This document shows positions 22,067 to 32,395 of a stretch of DNA of 64,000 bases, piece by piece; within the stretch, counting starts at the first letter, position 1, and each line of letters starts with the position of its first letter. The notes beneath the pieces were generated by a model, which was not told the DNA's origin, ran no database searches, and was given only the letters and a program-made list of their open reading frames with translations. Made by a program: the position numbers and the translations under genes. Location of the stretch: assembly GCA_963793265.1 (NCBI GenBank), contig CAWBZI010000001.1, positions 1,184,001 to 1,248,000 of the forward strand, read 5' to 3'. This DNA comes from an uncultured cyanobacterium. Lineage in GTDB: Bacteria; Cyanobacteriota; Cyanobacteriia; Phormidesmidales; Phormidesmidaceae.

Positions 22067-22882
22067 TCAACCGCTCTCCCCTACATTTGTCACTGCCAGC
22101 TCAGTAGAATTCGGTAGCTCAGTCCCACAGCGCCGACAAAACTGCGCGTCTGTTTCATGGCCTATCAGGCTGCAGCTTTCACAAGCCACCCGCACAGAAT
22201 TCTGCACCTTCGTAAACTGCTGAATAAAGTTACCAACCTGCGTCGGAATCAGCGCAATCCCCGTCAAAATCATTGCGATTGTCAGCCCCCGGCCCATCTC
22301 AGAAACCGGCGTAATATCGCCATAGCCCACCGTCGTCATGGTCACCACCGCGAAGTAGACGGCATCTAAAAAGGTGACAAACGCCTCGCTATTAGCCTCA
22401 TGCTCTGCCTGGTAAATCGCCCCTGCGTAAATAAAGATGATTGAGAACAGCGTGAACAAAATTCGTGCAAAAATCAGTCCTTCAGAGCCGCTGAGCCGAG
22501 CGAACCAAATCTTTTTCTCAAAGAAACGGGCCAGCCGCAAAATTCTCAGCCAGCGGATCAGTCGTAAAAAGCGCGTATCGACAAAGCCCAGCACAAATGG
22601 CAAAATCGCCACCAAATCAATCAGACCGTAAATGCTGAAAACAAACCGCAGCGGGCGCTTCGCAGACCACAGACGAACAACATATTCGAGGGTGAACAGC
22701 ACCAGAATGATCTGGTCTGCAACCTTGAGCCATGCTTGAGTGGACGAAGACAGCGGGTAGGTTTGGATAGCAAATAGCGCGGCAGATAAAAGGATAAGGA
22801 AGGCGATCGCACCATTCACCACCACCCCAGCCGTCGAATCACTCTCCTCTAGTACATGCCGAACCCGTTCTTTCAAAGTCAT
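22067..22882 (-). CDS. Voltage-gated-type potassium channel with C-terminal zinc ribbon
   Basis: TMTTVGYGD selectivity filter, Arg-rich S4 (RFLRLIRWLRILRLAR) and CESC...CRRC. Confidence 0.92.
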   Translation of the reverse strand: MTLKERVRHVLEESDSTAGVVVNGAIAFLILLSAALFAIQTYPLSSSTQAWLKVADQIILVLFTLEYVVRLWSAKRPLRFVFSIYGLIDLVAILPFVLGFVDTRFLRLIRWLRILRLARFFEKKIWFARLSGSEGLIFARILFTLFSIIFIYAGAIYQAEHEANSEAFVTFLDAVYFAVVTMTTVGYGDITPVSEMGRGLTIAMILTGIALIPTQVGNFIQQFTKVQNSVRVACESCSLIGHETDAQFCRRCGTELPNSTELAVTNVGESG

Positions 22883-22950
22883 CTTTATATCTACAGATTC
22901 TCTCAGAAATCATCACATTATCTGTAGTTAACGGCTACCGCCCAAAAGAA

Positions 22951-23051
22951 CTCGATAGGATAACTGAGCTAACTTATCAAAAGCCCCAGGGAAAGTCCGG
23001 CGAAAATCCGGCGCTGTGCCGCAACTGTCAAAGTCAGAACACCTGAGCGAG
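22951..23051 (+). ncRNA. Cobalamin riboswitch upstream of cbiX
   Basis: GGGAAAGTCCGG-CGAAAAT-CCGGCGCTGTGCCGCAACTGT...AGTCAGAACACCT matches the B12-element core; boundaries approximate. Confidence 0.85.
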
Positions 23052-23113
23052 CTTTTGTTCTATTATCCACTTCTCTCTACTGCCTGCGTCGCACAGCGCA
23101 TAGAGCCTCTTTT

Positions 23114-24226
23114 ATGACACGTATTCAAACCGCCGACACACTCACTGCTCAGCCCCAGCGCGTTATCGCCGCCGACCCTTCAACCGGCCTTCTGGCCAAT
23201 CATCACGGATCAAACCCATCAAATATTGACACGTCCTACGATGGCCTAACGTTACCACCGCTACCTATCGTCCGTCCGCTGCTCATGGTCGGCCACGGCA
23301 CCCGCAACCCCAAAGGTCGCCAGGATCTCATCGACTTCGCCACCATCTACCGGCAGCTAGACACCTCACGCCCCGTTATCCCCTGCTTTTTAGAACTCAC
23401 CGAGCCCAGCATTCAAGACGGCGTAGACCAGTGCATTGAGCAAGGCTACACCGATATCTCCGTCCTCCCTATCCTTCTATTCGCCGCCCGCCACAACAAG
23501 TTCGATGTCACCAACGAACTCGACCGCGCCAAACGCAGGCACCCACAGCTCACCTTCCACTACGGTCGCCATTTCGGCATCACTCCCGCCATCTTCGATC
23601 TGTGGAAAGCTCGCCTTGCTTTGCTAGACACCCTCACTCATAATCCCAACGGCATCGCCCGCGAAGACACCGTTCTGATGTTCATCGGTCGCGGCTCTAG
23701 CGATCCTGATGCCAACGGCGACGTGTACAAAATGGCCCGCATGATGTGGGAAGGCAGCGGCTATCACACAGTCGAAACCTGCTTTATTGGCATTACCCAT
23801 CCCCGGCTAGAAGAAGGCTTTAGAAGGTCGCGTCTCTATCAGCCCAAGCGCATCGTCGTGCTGCCCTACTTCATGTTTACCGGCGTACTAATGGAAAAAA
23901 TTGAGGCGATCGCCACCCAGCAGCAAACCCTCCATCCCGACGCCGAAATCGCCATGCTCCCCGAAATGGGCATCCATCCTCAATTAATTAGAGTATTGCG
24001 CGACCGAGAAATCGAAACCCAGCGCGGACAGGTCGCCATGAACTGCGAAATGTGTAAATTCCGCATCGTCGCTGGAGAATCAGGCCACGGTCATGACCAT
24101 CACGGCCACGATCATCACGGCCATAATCATTCCAATGGTCACGGCCACAATCACGACCATGGCGCTAATCTAGATCCCTGCGCCGAGCCTGAAAAATACC
24201 ATCAGCGCATCTGGCAAGTTCCTTAG
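23114..24226 (+). CDS. cbiX: Sirohydrochlorin cobaltochelatase CbiX (long form, His-rich tail)
   Basis: [29 protein letters not shown] Fe-S motif and His-Gly-rich C-terminus. Confidence 0.93.
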   Translation: MTRIQTADTLTAQPQRVIAADPSTGLLANHHGSNPSNIDTSYDGLTLPPLPIVRPLLMVGHGTRNPKGRQDLIDFATIYRQLDTSRPVIPCFLELTEPSIQDGVDQCIEQGYTDISVLPILLFAARHNKFDVTNELDRAKRRHPQLTFHYGRHFGITPAIFDLWKARLALLDTLTHNPNGIAREDTVLMFIGRGSSDPDANGDVYKMARMMWEGSGYHTVETCFIGITHPRLEEGFRRSRLYQPKRIVVLPYFMFTGVLMEKIEAIATQQQTLHPDAEIAMLPEMGIHPQLIRVLRDREIETQRGQVAMNCEMCKFRIVAGESGHGHDHHGHDHHGHNHSNGHGHNHDHGANLDPCAEPEKYHQRIWQVP

Positions 24227-24240
24227 TTTATTACGACTCT

Positions 24241-24474
24241 ATGGCTGACTCTACGTTTAAGGTGGGCGATCGCGTCCGCATCGCCACCGCCCCCCCCTAC
24301 CTAAAAACCGACGACAACATGCCCATGCTACGCCCCCCAGACCTCGTAGAACTGGGGGAAGAAGGCGTCATCAAATCACGTAAACCCGGCGGCTACTTAG
24401 GCGTCCGATTCAGCCAGGGCACCTTCTTACTAGACGCCCAATACCTTGAACTAGCCACCGAGCCAGCAGAATAA
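24241..24474 (+). CDS. sipA: SipA (NblS-interacting protein, DUF3148)
   Basis: PPYLKT.D.MPMLRPPDLV..GEEG...VRF..GTFL motif. Confidence 0.85.
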   Translation: MADSTFKVGDRVRIATAPPYLKTDDNMPMLRPPDLVELGEEGVIKSRKPGGYLGVRFSQGTFLLDAQYLELATEPAE

Positions 24475-24613
24475 AACTTCTTTTTCAAAGCGAGCCCAAA
24501 ACAGGCGGCAACGGTGTGCTACATTTAGTAACCGTGAAAGGCATACGAATTGCCCACAGCGAGCTTTGCTGTAGCGCAGAGCACACCCCGCACAAGCAGG
24601 GGCATAAAGATGG

Positions 24614-24685
24614 GGGTCGCTAGCTCAGTGGTAGAGCATTCGGCTTTTAACCGACTGGTCCTGGGTTCGAATCCCAGGCGACCCA
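24614..24685 (+). tRNA. trnK: tRNA-Lys (anticodon UUU), CCA not encoded
   Basis: Acceptor stem GGGTCGC/GCGACCC, D arm GCTCAGTGGTAGAGC, anticodon loop CTTTTAA and T arm CTGGGTTCGAATCCCAG. Confidence 0.97.
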
Positions 24686-24861
24686 TTTTTTCCAAGCTCA
24701 GATTTTAGACCTTAGATTTTAAGCTCTTTTACGTTCAGCTAAAAAGAGTTATTCACAGGTCATTGTTTTGACCTACTATTGATTTATATAAACCTAAGAT
24801 TAATTTTAGGTTTGCACTTGAAGGTTGCCCTTGGGCAATAAATCAATTAGGAGGATATGGA

Positions 24862-25941
24862 ATGGCGCTTGTACCTATGCGGCTGATGCTCGATCACGCA
24901 GCCGAAGAAGGCTACGGAATCCCTGCGTTTAACGTAAACAACCTGGAGCAGATTCTTGCGATCATGCAGGCTGCTGACGAAACTGACAGCCCCGTAATTT
25001 TGCAGGCTTCACGCGGCGCGCGCAAATACGCAGGCGAAAACTTCTTGCGTCATTTGGTGATGGCAGCGGTAGAAACCTATCCCCACATCCCCGTCGTGAT
25101 GCACCAAGACCACGGTAACGGCCCAGCGACTTGCTACTCAGCAATCCGCAACGGCTTTACCAGCGTCATGATGGACGGCTCTCTCGAAGAAGATGCGAAA
25201 ACGCCAGCCAGCTTCGAGTACAACGTCAACGTCACTCGCAAGGTCGTTGATGTAGCTCACGCGATTGGCGCGAGTGTAGAAGGCGAGCTAGGCTGCCTCG
25301 GCTCACTCGAAACCGGCCAGGGCGAAGCAGAAGACGGCCACGGCTTTGAAGGCAAGCTCGACAAAGACCAGCTCCTCACTGACCCCGAAGAAGCGGCTCA
25401 GTTTGTAGAGGCTACTCAAGTAGACGCCCTTGCAGTTGCCATTGGCACCAGCCACGGCGCATACAAGTTCACTCGCAAGCCTACCGGCGAAATCTTGGCA
25501 ATTGACAGGATTGCAGAAATCCACAAGCGTTTGCCCAACACTCACCTGGTCATGCACGGATCTTCTTCTGTTCCACAAAAGTGGCTAGAGATGATTAACA
25601 AGCACGGCGGTGCCATTCCTGAAACTTACGGCGTACCCGTTGAAGAGATTCAAAAGGGCATTAAAAACGGCGTTCGCAAAGTGAACATCGACACCGACAA
25701 CCGCCTGGCAATTACCGCTGCGATTCGGGAAGCTGCCGAAGCCGATCCTAAAAACTTCGACCCTCGTCACTTCCTCAAGCCTTCTATCAAGTACATGAAG
25801 ATGGTTTGCACAGATCGCTACGAGAAGTTCGGTGCGGCGGGTCAAGCTTCTAAGATCAAGCAGGTTGGCGTAGAGATCTTTGCTGATAAGTACGCTGCTG
25901 GCGAACTTGATGCCAAAGTTAAGAAGACGGCTGCTGTCTAA
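24862..25941 (+). CDS. fba: Class II fructose-bisphosphate aldolase
   Basis: [30 protein letters not shown] and [15 protein letters not shown] upstream. Confidence 0.97.
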   Translation: MALVPMRLMLDHAAEEGYGIPAFNVNNLEQILAIMQAADETDSPVILQASRGARKYAGENFLRHLVMAAVETYPHIPVVMHQDHGNGPATCYSAIRNGFTSVMMDGSLEEDAKTPASFEYNVNVTRKVVDVAHAIGASVEGELGCLGSLETGQGEAEDGHGFEGKLDKDQLLTDPEEAAQFVEATQVDALAVAIGTSHGAYKFTRKPTGEILAIDRIAEIHKRLPNTHLVMHGSSSVPQKWLEMINKHGGAIPETYGVPVEEIQKGIKNGVRKVNIDTDNRLAITAAIREAAEADPKNFDPRHFLKPSIKYMKMVCTDRYEKFGAAGQASKIKQVGVEIFADKYAAGELDAKVKKTAAV

Positions 25942-25977
25942 TTGTTTGATCTGTTAAAAGCCGTACTCGGTTAAGTA

Positions 25978-26018
25978 AAACAAACCCCTAGAAGAGCTAA
26001 TCTTCTAGGGGTTTGTTT
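25978..26018 (+). terminator. Rho-independent terminator of fba
   Basis: 18-bp perfect stem AAACAAACCCCTAGAAGA / TCTTCTAGGGGTTTGTTT with T-rich tail. Confidence 0.88.
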
Positions 26019-26192
26019 ATGTTTTGTTCACCATAGAGACTACGCAGCTACCTGCTGTGGCATGTGCAATGGTCTGGAATCCTCCCCTTACAAGTTGATT
26101 TCTTATGACAGGGCATCTAAAAAAGTACGAAAAGTACTCTAGCAATGTGTACTTACGATTAAAAGCATTGCTTCATCAGCAGGGTGATCCCA

Positions 26193-26592
26193 ATGAGCAA
26201 CGAGTTTCAAAAGTTTGTAGTAGACCCCGACACGATTGAGCCAAGGCAGTTCTCTGAAGCACCACCGCCGCCGCCACCCGTAGTTGTGAACAAAGGCGCA
26301 GGCTGGCTATACGCCAATGTCACAGATTGAGCTGGAGGGTCAGACTTATAGCGGGATGACTAGCGGTAGGGTGCCCTAGTGGGTGCTGATAACAGGGGCC
26401 ATTGTATTCGTAGTGCCGAGTATAGCGATGGTGCTCTTAAGCGGCGATTTCGTTCTTCTTCTGATTCTTTCTCCGCTTTTAGCACTGCCTATCATGATTG
26501 TTTGGCGAGGCGTCCGTGCCAAACTGATTGCTCAAAAGCAGAGAGAACAGCGTCGGCGTAGGAGAGAAAGCGCGATCAGACTGAATGAGTGA
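26193..26592 (+). pseudogene. Probable disrupted small membrane protein gene (frameshift plus in-frame TAG)
   Basis: MSNEFQKFVVDPDTIEP... from 26193 stops at 26330. Another frame reads AGYTPMSQIELEGQTYSGMTSGRVP*WVLITGAIVF... (TAG at 26377-26379) and continues to 26592. Confidence 0.6.
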
Positions 26593-26631
26593 TGGAGATG
26601 TTATAAAATCTGTAGCTTCTCGTCCCGTCTC

Positions 26632-27405
26632 TCAATACATCTGATTCCAAACGTCGCTAGGATTATCAGCAAAAACATAAGCATGAACCATCCAGCCAAA
26701 GGCGGTTGGCATAAAGTCGCCACCCACTTCCGCACAAGCTACCTCAGTCGCAATCGCGCTCTGTGGCCCAAAGCGCGGCGCACCATTATCTTCAATTTTC
26801 CACTGCTCACTATCCCAAATTGGGTCGGGCACACAAATATTGGTATGCAGATGCCACTGCGTTACCGAAAGCGGCATCCGTTCATCAAGCTCTGCTTCAG
26901 TCGCATCATCGGGAGCCACAAACATTGCCCCAATTAGCTTCAATGAACTATCAGGCTGACGCTCATATAGCAAAGACCCAGGCTCCTGTGGATTGAGCCG
27001 CCAGTTTTCCTGCCAGGAGCGATACACATTTACATAGTGCACAATGCGCAAACCGCTCGAATCGGCTGGGAAGGGGAAATAGTCATCGGCTTCAGCAACA
27101 GAAATATCTGCATACTTAGCGATCGCCCCTTTCAGCTCTTCGGCAATCTCATCAGCCACAGCCTGATCTTCAGCCTTCGGTGCTCTCATAGCCGTCATGC
27201 GCACGTGCGGATCGTTCTCACCATGAGGCGTCATCGAGCCGTCTGAGCCTTCAAGCCCGTTTAAGTCGATCGGGCCGAGGGCTATGAGTGGAGAGGTTTG
27301 ATGGGTTTGTTGTTGCGTTTGAGCGATCGCAGGCGGCAATAGGAAGGCAAGCAGCAACAGAGCCAATAATACCAAACGAAAATAGCGGCGTCTTAAAAAC
27401 AGCAT
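26632..27405 (-). CDS. Secreted hypothetical protein with clustered His motifs
   Basis: Signal peptide (RRRYF + hydrophobic core + AIA); HYVN, WHLHTNIC and WMVHAY. Confidence 0.75.
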   Translation of the reverse strand: MLFLRRRYFRLVLLALLLLAFLLPPAIAQTQQQTHQTSPLIALGPIDLNGLEGSDGSMTPHGENDPHVRMTAMRAPKAEDQAVADEIAEELKGAIAKYADISVAEADDYFPFPADSSGLRIVHYVNVYRSWQENWRLNPQEPGSLLYERQPDSSLKLIGAMFVAPDDATEAELDERMPLSVTQWHLHTNICVPDPIWDSEQWKIEDNGAPRFGPQSAIATEVACAEVGGDFMPTAFGWMVHAYVFADNPSDVWNQMY

Positions 27406-27551
27406 GGCCTTGTAGAAAGTAATGTGACTTTTTTACAGATGCCCTGTTTCTATAATTTCGCAGTGAGCTGAGTTCGTGAACTGGGGTGTGCCAGCGATCG
27501 CAACCGTCCAATTTGCTAAAATGAGAGAATGGTTCTGAAGCAAGGCCGAGA

Positions 27552-27827
27552 ATGAATCTTCCTCAACTCCGCTACAGTAAAGAAGAATTTACCAAGAGAG
27601 GCAATGAGATCTATGAAGCTCAGGTGCGTGCTCAGGTTGAGGACGGTAACCATGGCAAAATTGTTGCTATAGACATTGAGACAGGCGAGTTCGAGCTTGG
27701 GCGCAACACCATGATCGCTTCTGATAACCTGCTTGAAAGATGTCCTGACGCACAGATTTGGTGCGTTCGCATCGGATACAAAGGCGTACATCGCTTCGGT
27801 GCTTATAGTCCCGCAGCACAACTATGA
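27552..27827 (+). CDS. Small conserved hypothetical protein (DUF5678-like)
   Basis: RYSKEEF..RG.EIYE...GKIVAIDIETGEFE...IWCVRIG; ATGA overlap with the next gene. Confidence 0.75.
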   Translation: MNLPQLRYSKEEFTKRGNEIYEAQVRAQVEDGNHGKIVAIDIETGEFELGRNTMIASDNLLERCPDAQIWCVRIGYKGVHRFGAYSPAAQL

Positions 27828-28213
27828 TGCTGGGAAGGGTCGATCTCAACTGTGAGGCAATAGTTCGTTTAGCTGTAGGAAACAGCGAGGGTAAGCGACA
27901 AATGGTCGAGGCCTTAATTGATACCGGGTTTACCGGATTCATGACTTTGCCACTACCCATTCTGAAGAAGTTAGGATTGCAAGCCTACAGGAGAGAAGAA
28001 GGCATTCTAGGGGATGGTAGCAGTTGCACCTTTGACGTGTACAGAGGTTTAGTAATTTGGGACAGTGAGCTTCGGTCTGTCGATATCAATGCATCTGAAG
28101 CTGGCGTACTCATCGGAATGAGCTTGCTCTATGGCTATCGAATGCAAATGGATGCGATAGAAGGGGGGACGGTAACCATCACCAGCTTGGTTTACCAAGG
28201 ATCGACTTATTGA
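27824..28213 (+). CDS. Clan AA (retropepsin-like) aspartic protease
   Basis: ALIDTGFTG catalytic motif and LIGM motif; 129 aa. Confidence 0.88.
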   Translation: MMLGRVDLNCEAIVRLAVGNSEGKRQMVEALIDTGFTGFMTLPLPILKKLGLQAYRREEGILGDGSSCTFDVYRGLVIWDSELRSVDINASEAGVLIGMSLLYGYRMQMDAIEGGTVTITSLVYQGSTY

Positions 28214-28320
28214 AAGCATACTTCGCTCATTTGAGTTCTCAGAAGGTAGTGACAGTTATCGCGTCTCTAAATCAAGAGAATAAATATGTTTCTACATAGA
28301 GTTAGGCAAAATATGTGACT

Positions 28321-28506
28321 TTATCGAGAAGGTTCCAAACGAACATTTCTGTAAAGGTGCTCGATTGGAATCTCGATGTTCATACTCGCAATAGAGATGC
28401 GATCGCCCGCTCTATGTGGAAAATACAGCCACATCCGCCCTTCTCCCTTCCGAAAGCACTCCACCTGCATCCGCTTAGCGCTTATCAACGCATATTCTTT
28501 TGAACT
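28321..28506 (-). pseudogene. Headless C-terminal fragment of a Uma2-family endonuclease
   Basis: Reads SSKEYALISAKRMQVECFRKGEGRMWLYFPHRAGDRISIASMNIEIPIEHLYRNVRLEPSR*, preceded by an in-frame TAA; resembles Uma2 C-termini (EY.LI.....VE.FR). Confidence 0.7.
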
Positions 28507-28525
28507 TTACACGCCTACCAAAAGC

Positions 28526-29089
28526 TTATTCATAAAGCCATGCTACTAACTCTCCGAGCGTTAAGCTAAAGCCTTCTGCAAAATCAGGAACCGGCAGTTG
28601 CGCATTAGGATCTTCGTAGAATACAGGTCGCCAATCAGGTCTATAAACAAAAACGCAGTTCTCAGCCGGAGCAATGAGCCATCCCATTTCAGTACCGTGC
28701 TCAAGGCTGCACAATATTTTCGCCATAACCTTTGTCTGACTCTGATCGGGCGATAGTATTTCAATCATCCAGGGAGGAGCTGCAAACAGCTCACCGTCCA
28801 TCATGCCTCTGTCATCTCTGGGTATTTTTGACCAGGGCAAGACGGTAATATCAGGAACGATTGAACGCCCACCAAATGTACAGCGCAACTCTGGAAATGC
28901 AAGCGCCTTGTGTTCAGCTTCGAGTACTGAATTGACAGATGTTGTGAGCTTGCCTTGTATGCGGCTGTGCGCTGCTTTCGGCATAGGCTTCTCAAGAATT
29001 TGACCATCTATGTACTCACTTGCTGGCTTCGTATCGGGCAGTTGAAGGAAGTCTTCTAAAGTAAGAGTTCTAGAGGGAGACTGTACCAT
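28526..29089 (-). CDS. Uma2 family endonuclease (DUF820)
   Basis: LEDFLQLPDTKPASEYIDG, ELRCTFGGRSIVPDI, IEILSPDQ and GWLI. Confidence 0.93.
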   Translation of the reverse strand: MVQSPSRTLTLEDFLQLPDTKPASEYIDGQILEKPMPKAAHSRIQGKLTTSVNSVLEAEHKALAFPELRCTFGGRSIVPDITVLPWSKIPRDDRGMMDGELFAAPPWMIEILSPDQSQTKVMAKILCSLEHGTEMGWLIAPAENCVFVYRPDWRPVFYEDPNAQLPVPDFAEGFSLTLGELVAWLYE

Positions 29090-29137
29090 AACAGGATGAG
29101 CCGTAAGCTTGGACTATCTGTATCGTATCTCATACTT

Positions 29138-29171
29138 AAAAGGGCACTAGATAAAATATCTAATGCCCTTT
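29138..29171 (-). terminator. Terminator of pntAB
   Basis: AAAGGGCACTAGATA / TATCTAATGCCCTTT stem just downstream of pntB. Confidence 0.7.
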
Positions 29172-29199
29172 CCTATCTAACTATGTCAAGCGACTACCG

Positions 29200-30630
29200 C
29201 TAGCGAGCCCCAGCCATCGCCGGAACCTTCGCCTCAGACTTCTGCATCTCAGCTAATATAGCCGACACATTTGCCTTCGCATCACCAAAGAGCATCTGCG
29301 AATTGTCTTTATAGAACAAAGGATTGTCTACGCCTGCATATCCAACAGATAGAGAGCGCTTCATCACGACAACATTTGCTGCGTTCCACACTTCCAACAC
29401 AGGCATTCCTGCAATCGGACTGGTGGGATCGTCGAGTGCACTTGGGTTCACCGTGTCGTTTGCACCAATGACGAGTACGACATCAGTTTCTGTAAAGTCT
29501 TCATTAATTTCGTCCATTTCAAGCACGACATCATAAGGCACATTGGCTTCAGCTAATAGAACGTTCATGTGCCCTGGCAAACGACCTGCTACGGGGTGAA
29601 TGCCGAAGCGGACGGTTGTGCCGCGATCGCGCAAAATCTTCGTAATATCCGCCACCGCATGTTGCGCCTGAGCCACCGCCATCCCATAGCCCGGCGTAAT
29701 AATCACACTGCTCGCATCATTCAACAATTCAACCGTCTCTTCCACAGTCGTAGAAGTCGCCGTACCACCGGGCGCAGTCGCCCCAGAACTCTTCACAGCG
29801 CCCTGACCAAAGCCACCCAAAATCACGCTGATAAAAGAGCGATTCATCGCCTGACACATAATAATGCTCAAAATCGCACCGCTACTGCCCACCAGCGCAC
29901 CCGTCACAATCAACAGATCGTTCGAGAGCATAAAGCCCGCCGCCGCCGCTGCCCAGCCCGAATAGCTGTTCAACATCGAAATCACAACCGGCATATCCGC
30001 CCCGCCAATCGCTGCAACCAAGTGAGCGCCCAGCAGTCCAGCCAAACCACACATACCAAGCAGTGCAGGCAGGCCAGCCGAGCCTTCCGCGCCCATAAAG
30101 ACAAACCCAAGGGCAGCTGTGCCAGCCAATAAACCAATGTTCAACAGATGCCGACCTGGTAGCGTCAGCGGCTTACTGCTGATAATCGCCTTCAGCTTAC
30201 CAAAGGCAATCACAGAGCCCGTAAAGGTCACCGCGCCGATGAATACACCCACATAAATTTCAATCATGTGAATAGTCTCTTCTGCGCCAACTAGACCAGA
30301 CTCAGGCTGCAAGTAGTTACCAATACCAACCAGCACAGCGGCCAAACCAACAAAGCTATGCAGCACAGCCACCAGCTCAGGCATCTCCGTCATCTCAACC
30401 CGTGAGGCCAAAAACGCACCAATCACCACGCCCGGCAAGATCACCGCCGCTAGCACCGTGTAGTTTGTAATGCCAGCCCCCAGCGCGGTCGCGCCAATCG
30501 CCAGCGCCATCCCAATAATACCGTAGAGATTCCCACGCTTAGCCGTTTCTTGAGTAGACAATCCACCCAAACTTAAAATGAACAGAATGATAGCCGCAAT
30601 ATAAGCGACCGTCACTAAATTGTTGGACAT
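29200..30630 (-). CDS. pntB: NAD(P) transhydrogenase beta subunit
   Basis: [50 protein letters not shown] and GANDTVNP. Confidence 0.97.
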   Translation of the reverse strand: MSNNLVTVAYIAAIILFILSLGGLSTQETAKRGNLYGIIGMALAIGATALGAGITNYTVLAAVILPGVVIGAFLASRVEMTEMPELVAVLHSFVGLAAVLVGIGNYLQPESGLVGAEETIHMIEIYVGVFIGAVTFTGSVIAFGKLKAIISSKPLTLPGRHLLNIGLLAGTAALGFVFMGAEGSAGLPALLGMCGLAGLLGAHLVAAIGGADMPVVISMLNSYSGWAAAAAGFMLSNDLLIVTGALVGSSGAILSIIMCQAMNRSFISVILGGFGQGAVKSSGATAPGGTATSTTVEETVELLNDASSVIITPGYGMAVAQAQHAVADITKILRDRGTTVRFGIHPVAGRLPGHMNVLLAEANVPYDVVLEMDEINEDFTETDVVLVIGANDTVNPSALDDPTSPIAGMPVLEVWNAANVVVMKRSLSVGYAGVDNPLFYKDNSQMLFGDAKANVSAILAEMQKSEAKVPAMAGAR

Positions 30631-30685
30631 TGTTTATTTCCTTTGTTATTCCTTACCGTCACTCATCGCTTATCACCCGAAGCAA

Positions 30686-30723
30686 ATCCCCTCTGGAGGG
30701 GTGCCCCCAAGGTGGGGTGGGTT
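30686..30723. repeat. REP-like GC-rich double-hairpin element between pntA and pntB
   Basis: CCCCTC-TG-GAGGGG followed by GCCCCC-AAGGT-GGGGTGGG; single copy in this window. Confidence 0.45.
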
Positions 30724-30739
30724 CTTGCCTCTTGGCCCC

Positions 30740-32395
30740 TTACTTCCGAAACATCTTCAACATTCTCTGAGTCACCAAAAAGCCACCCGAAATATTAATC
30801 GTGCCGACCAAGATCGCGATCGCACCCAACACACTCGTCGCACTCCAAGCACCTTCCAGCGGCCCGCTCAACTGCAACAAACCGCCGATAATAATAATTC
30901 CACTAATCGCATTCGTCACACTCATCAGCGGCGTATGCAAAGACGGGCTCACATTCCAAATCACCTGCCAGCCCACAAAGCAGGCCAAAATAAACACCGT
31001 AAAGTGCGAGAGAAAAGAAGGTGGTGCGCTCAAACCAACTGCAACCAGCCCGCTAAACAAAGCCGCATAGCCCACCCACTTCACAACCGGAGAAGACTTC
31101 TTCTGTTCTACAACCGGCGCAGCCACCGCCGCAGGCTTAGCCACAGGAACAGGTGGCTTCTCAGGTTTAGGCGCAGGCCACTTCACCTCGCCCTCGTAGG
31201 TAATCAACGCCCCCCGCACCGCCTCATCGTCCATATCTACTCGAAACTCGTCCGAGCCGCCCATATCACTCAGCAAGTGATACAGATTCGTGCCATAAAG
31301 CTGACTAGACTGACTCGCCATCCGACTCGGAAAATCAGTAATGCCCACAATCGTGACATCGTGATAGCTATAAATTTCATCGGCCTTAGCCACCGCACAG
31401 TTGCCGCCTTGAGCTGCCGCCATATCCACAATCACCGAGCCCGGCTTCATACTCTCCACCATCTCTTTAGTGATCAGCAAAGGCGCTCGCTTACCCGGAA
31501 TCAGCGCCGTCGTGATAATAATGTCAACCTCTTTGGCCTGCTCAGCAAACAGCGCCATCTCCGCCTCAATAAACTCAGGGCTCATCGTCTTGGCATAGCC
31601 ACCATCGCCCGAACCATCTTCCTCAAAGTGCAGCTCCAGAAACTCAGCGCCCAGGCTCTCCACCTGCTCTTTCACCACCAGGCGAGTATCAAAAGCCCGC
31701 ACAATCGCACCTAAGCTCTTAGCCGCACCAATCGCTGCGAGGCCCGCAACGCCCGCGCCAATCACCATCACCTTACAGGGGGGCACCTTGCCCGCAGCCG
31801 TAATTTGCCCGGTAAAAAACCGGCCAAACTGATTTGCAGCCTCAATCACAGCCCGGTAGCCCGCAATATTCGCCATCGAGCTAAGCGCGTCCATCTTTTG
31901 CGCCCGGCTAATTCGAGGCACCGCATCCATCGCCAGCACCGTCGCTTGAGAGCTAGAGAGCTGATCGACCAGTCCTTTATTTTGCGCAGGCCATACAAAG
32001 CTAATCAGCGTTTTATCTGCCGACAGCAAATTAGCCTCATGTTGGCCATCAGGACGAGCTTGAGGCGGCTGCACCTTGAGAATAATGTCAGCGCTATCCC
32101 ACAGATCAACCGTCTTCACAATCTCGCAGCCTGCCGCCTTGTAAGCAGCATCGCTGAACTTCGCGTTCTCGCCTGCTGAGCGCTCGACCAAAACATCAAA
32201 GCCAAGCTTTTGCAGCTTCTTAACCGTATCGGGAGTGGCCGCTACTCTGCGTTCGCCGGGTGCAATTTCTTTGGGAATGCCAATTTTTTTAGCCAACTTT
32301 GGCTCAGACTTTGGTTCAGCAGAACCTTCCGCTTGGAGAGTTGCTACCGGGGCAACTTCCTTTTTAGCAGCGTCCTTTTCAATCGAAAGGGTCAT
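30740..32395 (-). CDS. pntA: NAD(P) transhydrogenase alpha subunit
   Basis: [35 protein letters not shown] and [14 protein letters not shown]. Confidence 0.97.
   Translation of the reverse strand: MTLSIEKDAAKKEVAPVATLQAEGSAEPKSEPKLAKKIGIPKEIAPGERRVAATPDTVKKLQKLGFDVLVERSAGENAKFSDAAYKAAGCEIVKTVDLWDSADIILKVQPPQARPDGQHEANLLSADKTLISFVWPAQNKGLVDQLSSSQATVLAMDAVPRISRAQKMDALSSMANIAGYRAVIEAANQFGRFFTGQITAAGKVPPCKVMVIGAGVAGLAAIGAAKSLGAIVRAFDTRLVVKEQVESLGAEFLELHFEEDGSGDGGYAKTMSPEFIEAEMALFAEQAKEVDIIITTALIPGKRAPLLITKEMVESMKPGSVIVDMAAAQGGNCAVAKADEIYSYHDVTIVGITDFPSRMASQSSQLYGTNLYHLLSDMGGSDEFRVDMDDEAVRGALITYEGEVKWPAPKPEKPPVPVAKPAAVAAPVVEQKKSSPVVKWVGYAALFSGLVAVGLSAPPSFLSHFTVFILACFVGWQVIWNVSPSLHTPLMSVTNAISGIIIIGGLLQLSGPLEGAWSATSVLGAIAILVGTINISGGFLVTQRMLKMFRK

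Noticed and set aside
24085..24160. Repetitive CACGGYCAYRAYCAT units
   Set aside because: Explained by the known His-rich tail of CbiX
24614..24720. tRNA-Lys as a possible island integration site
   Set aside because: Flanked by core genes (sipA, fba); no integrase and no duplicated tRNA 3' end seen in the window
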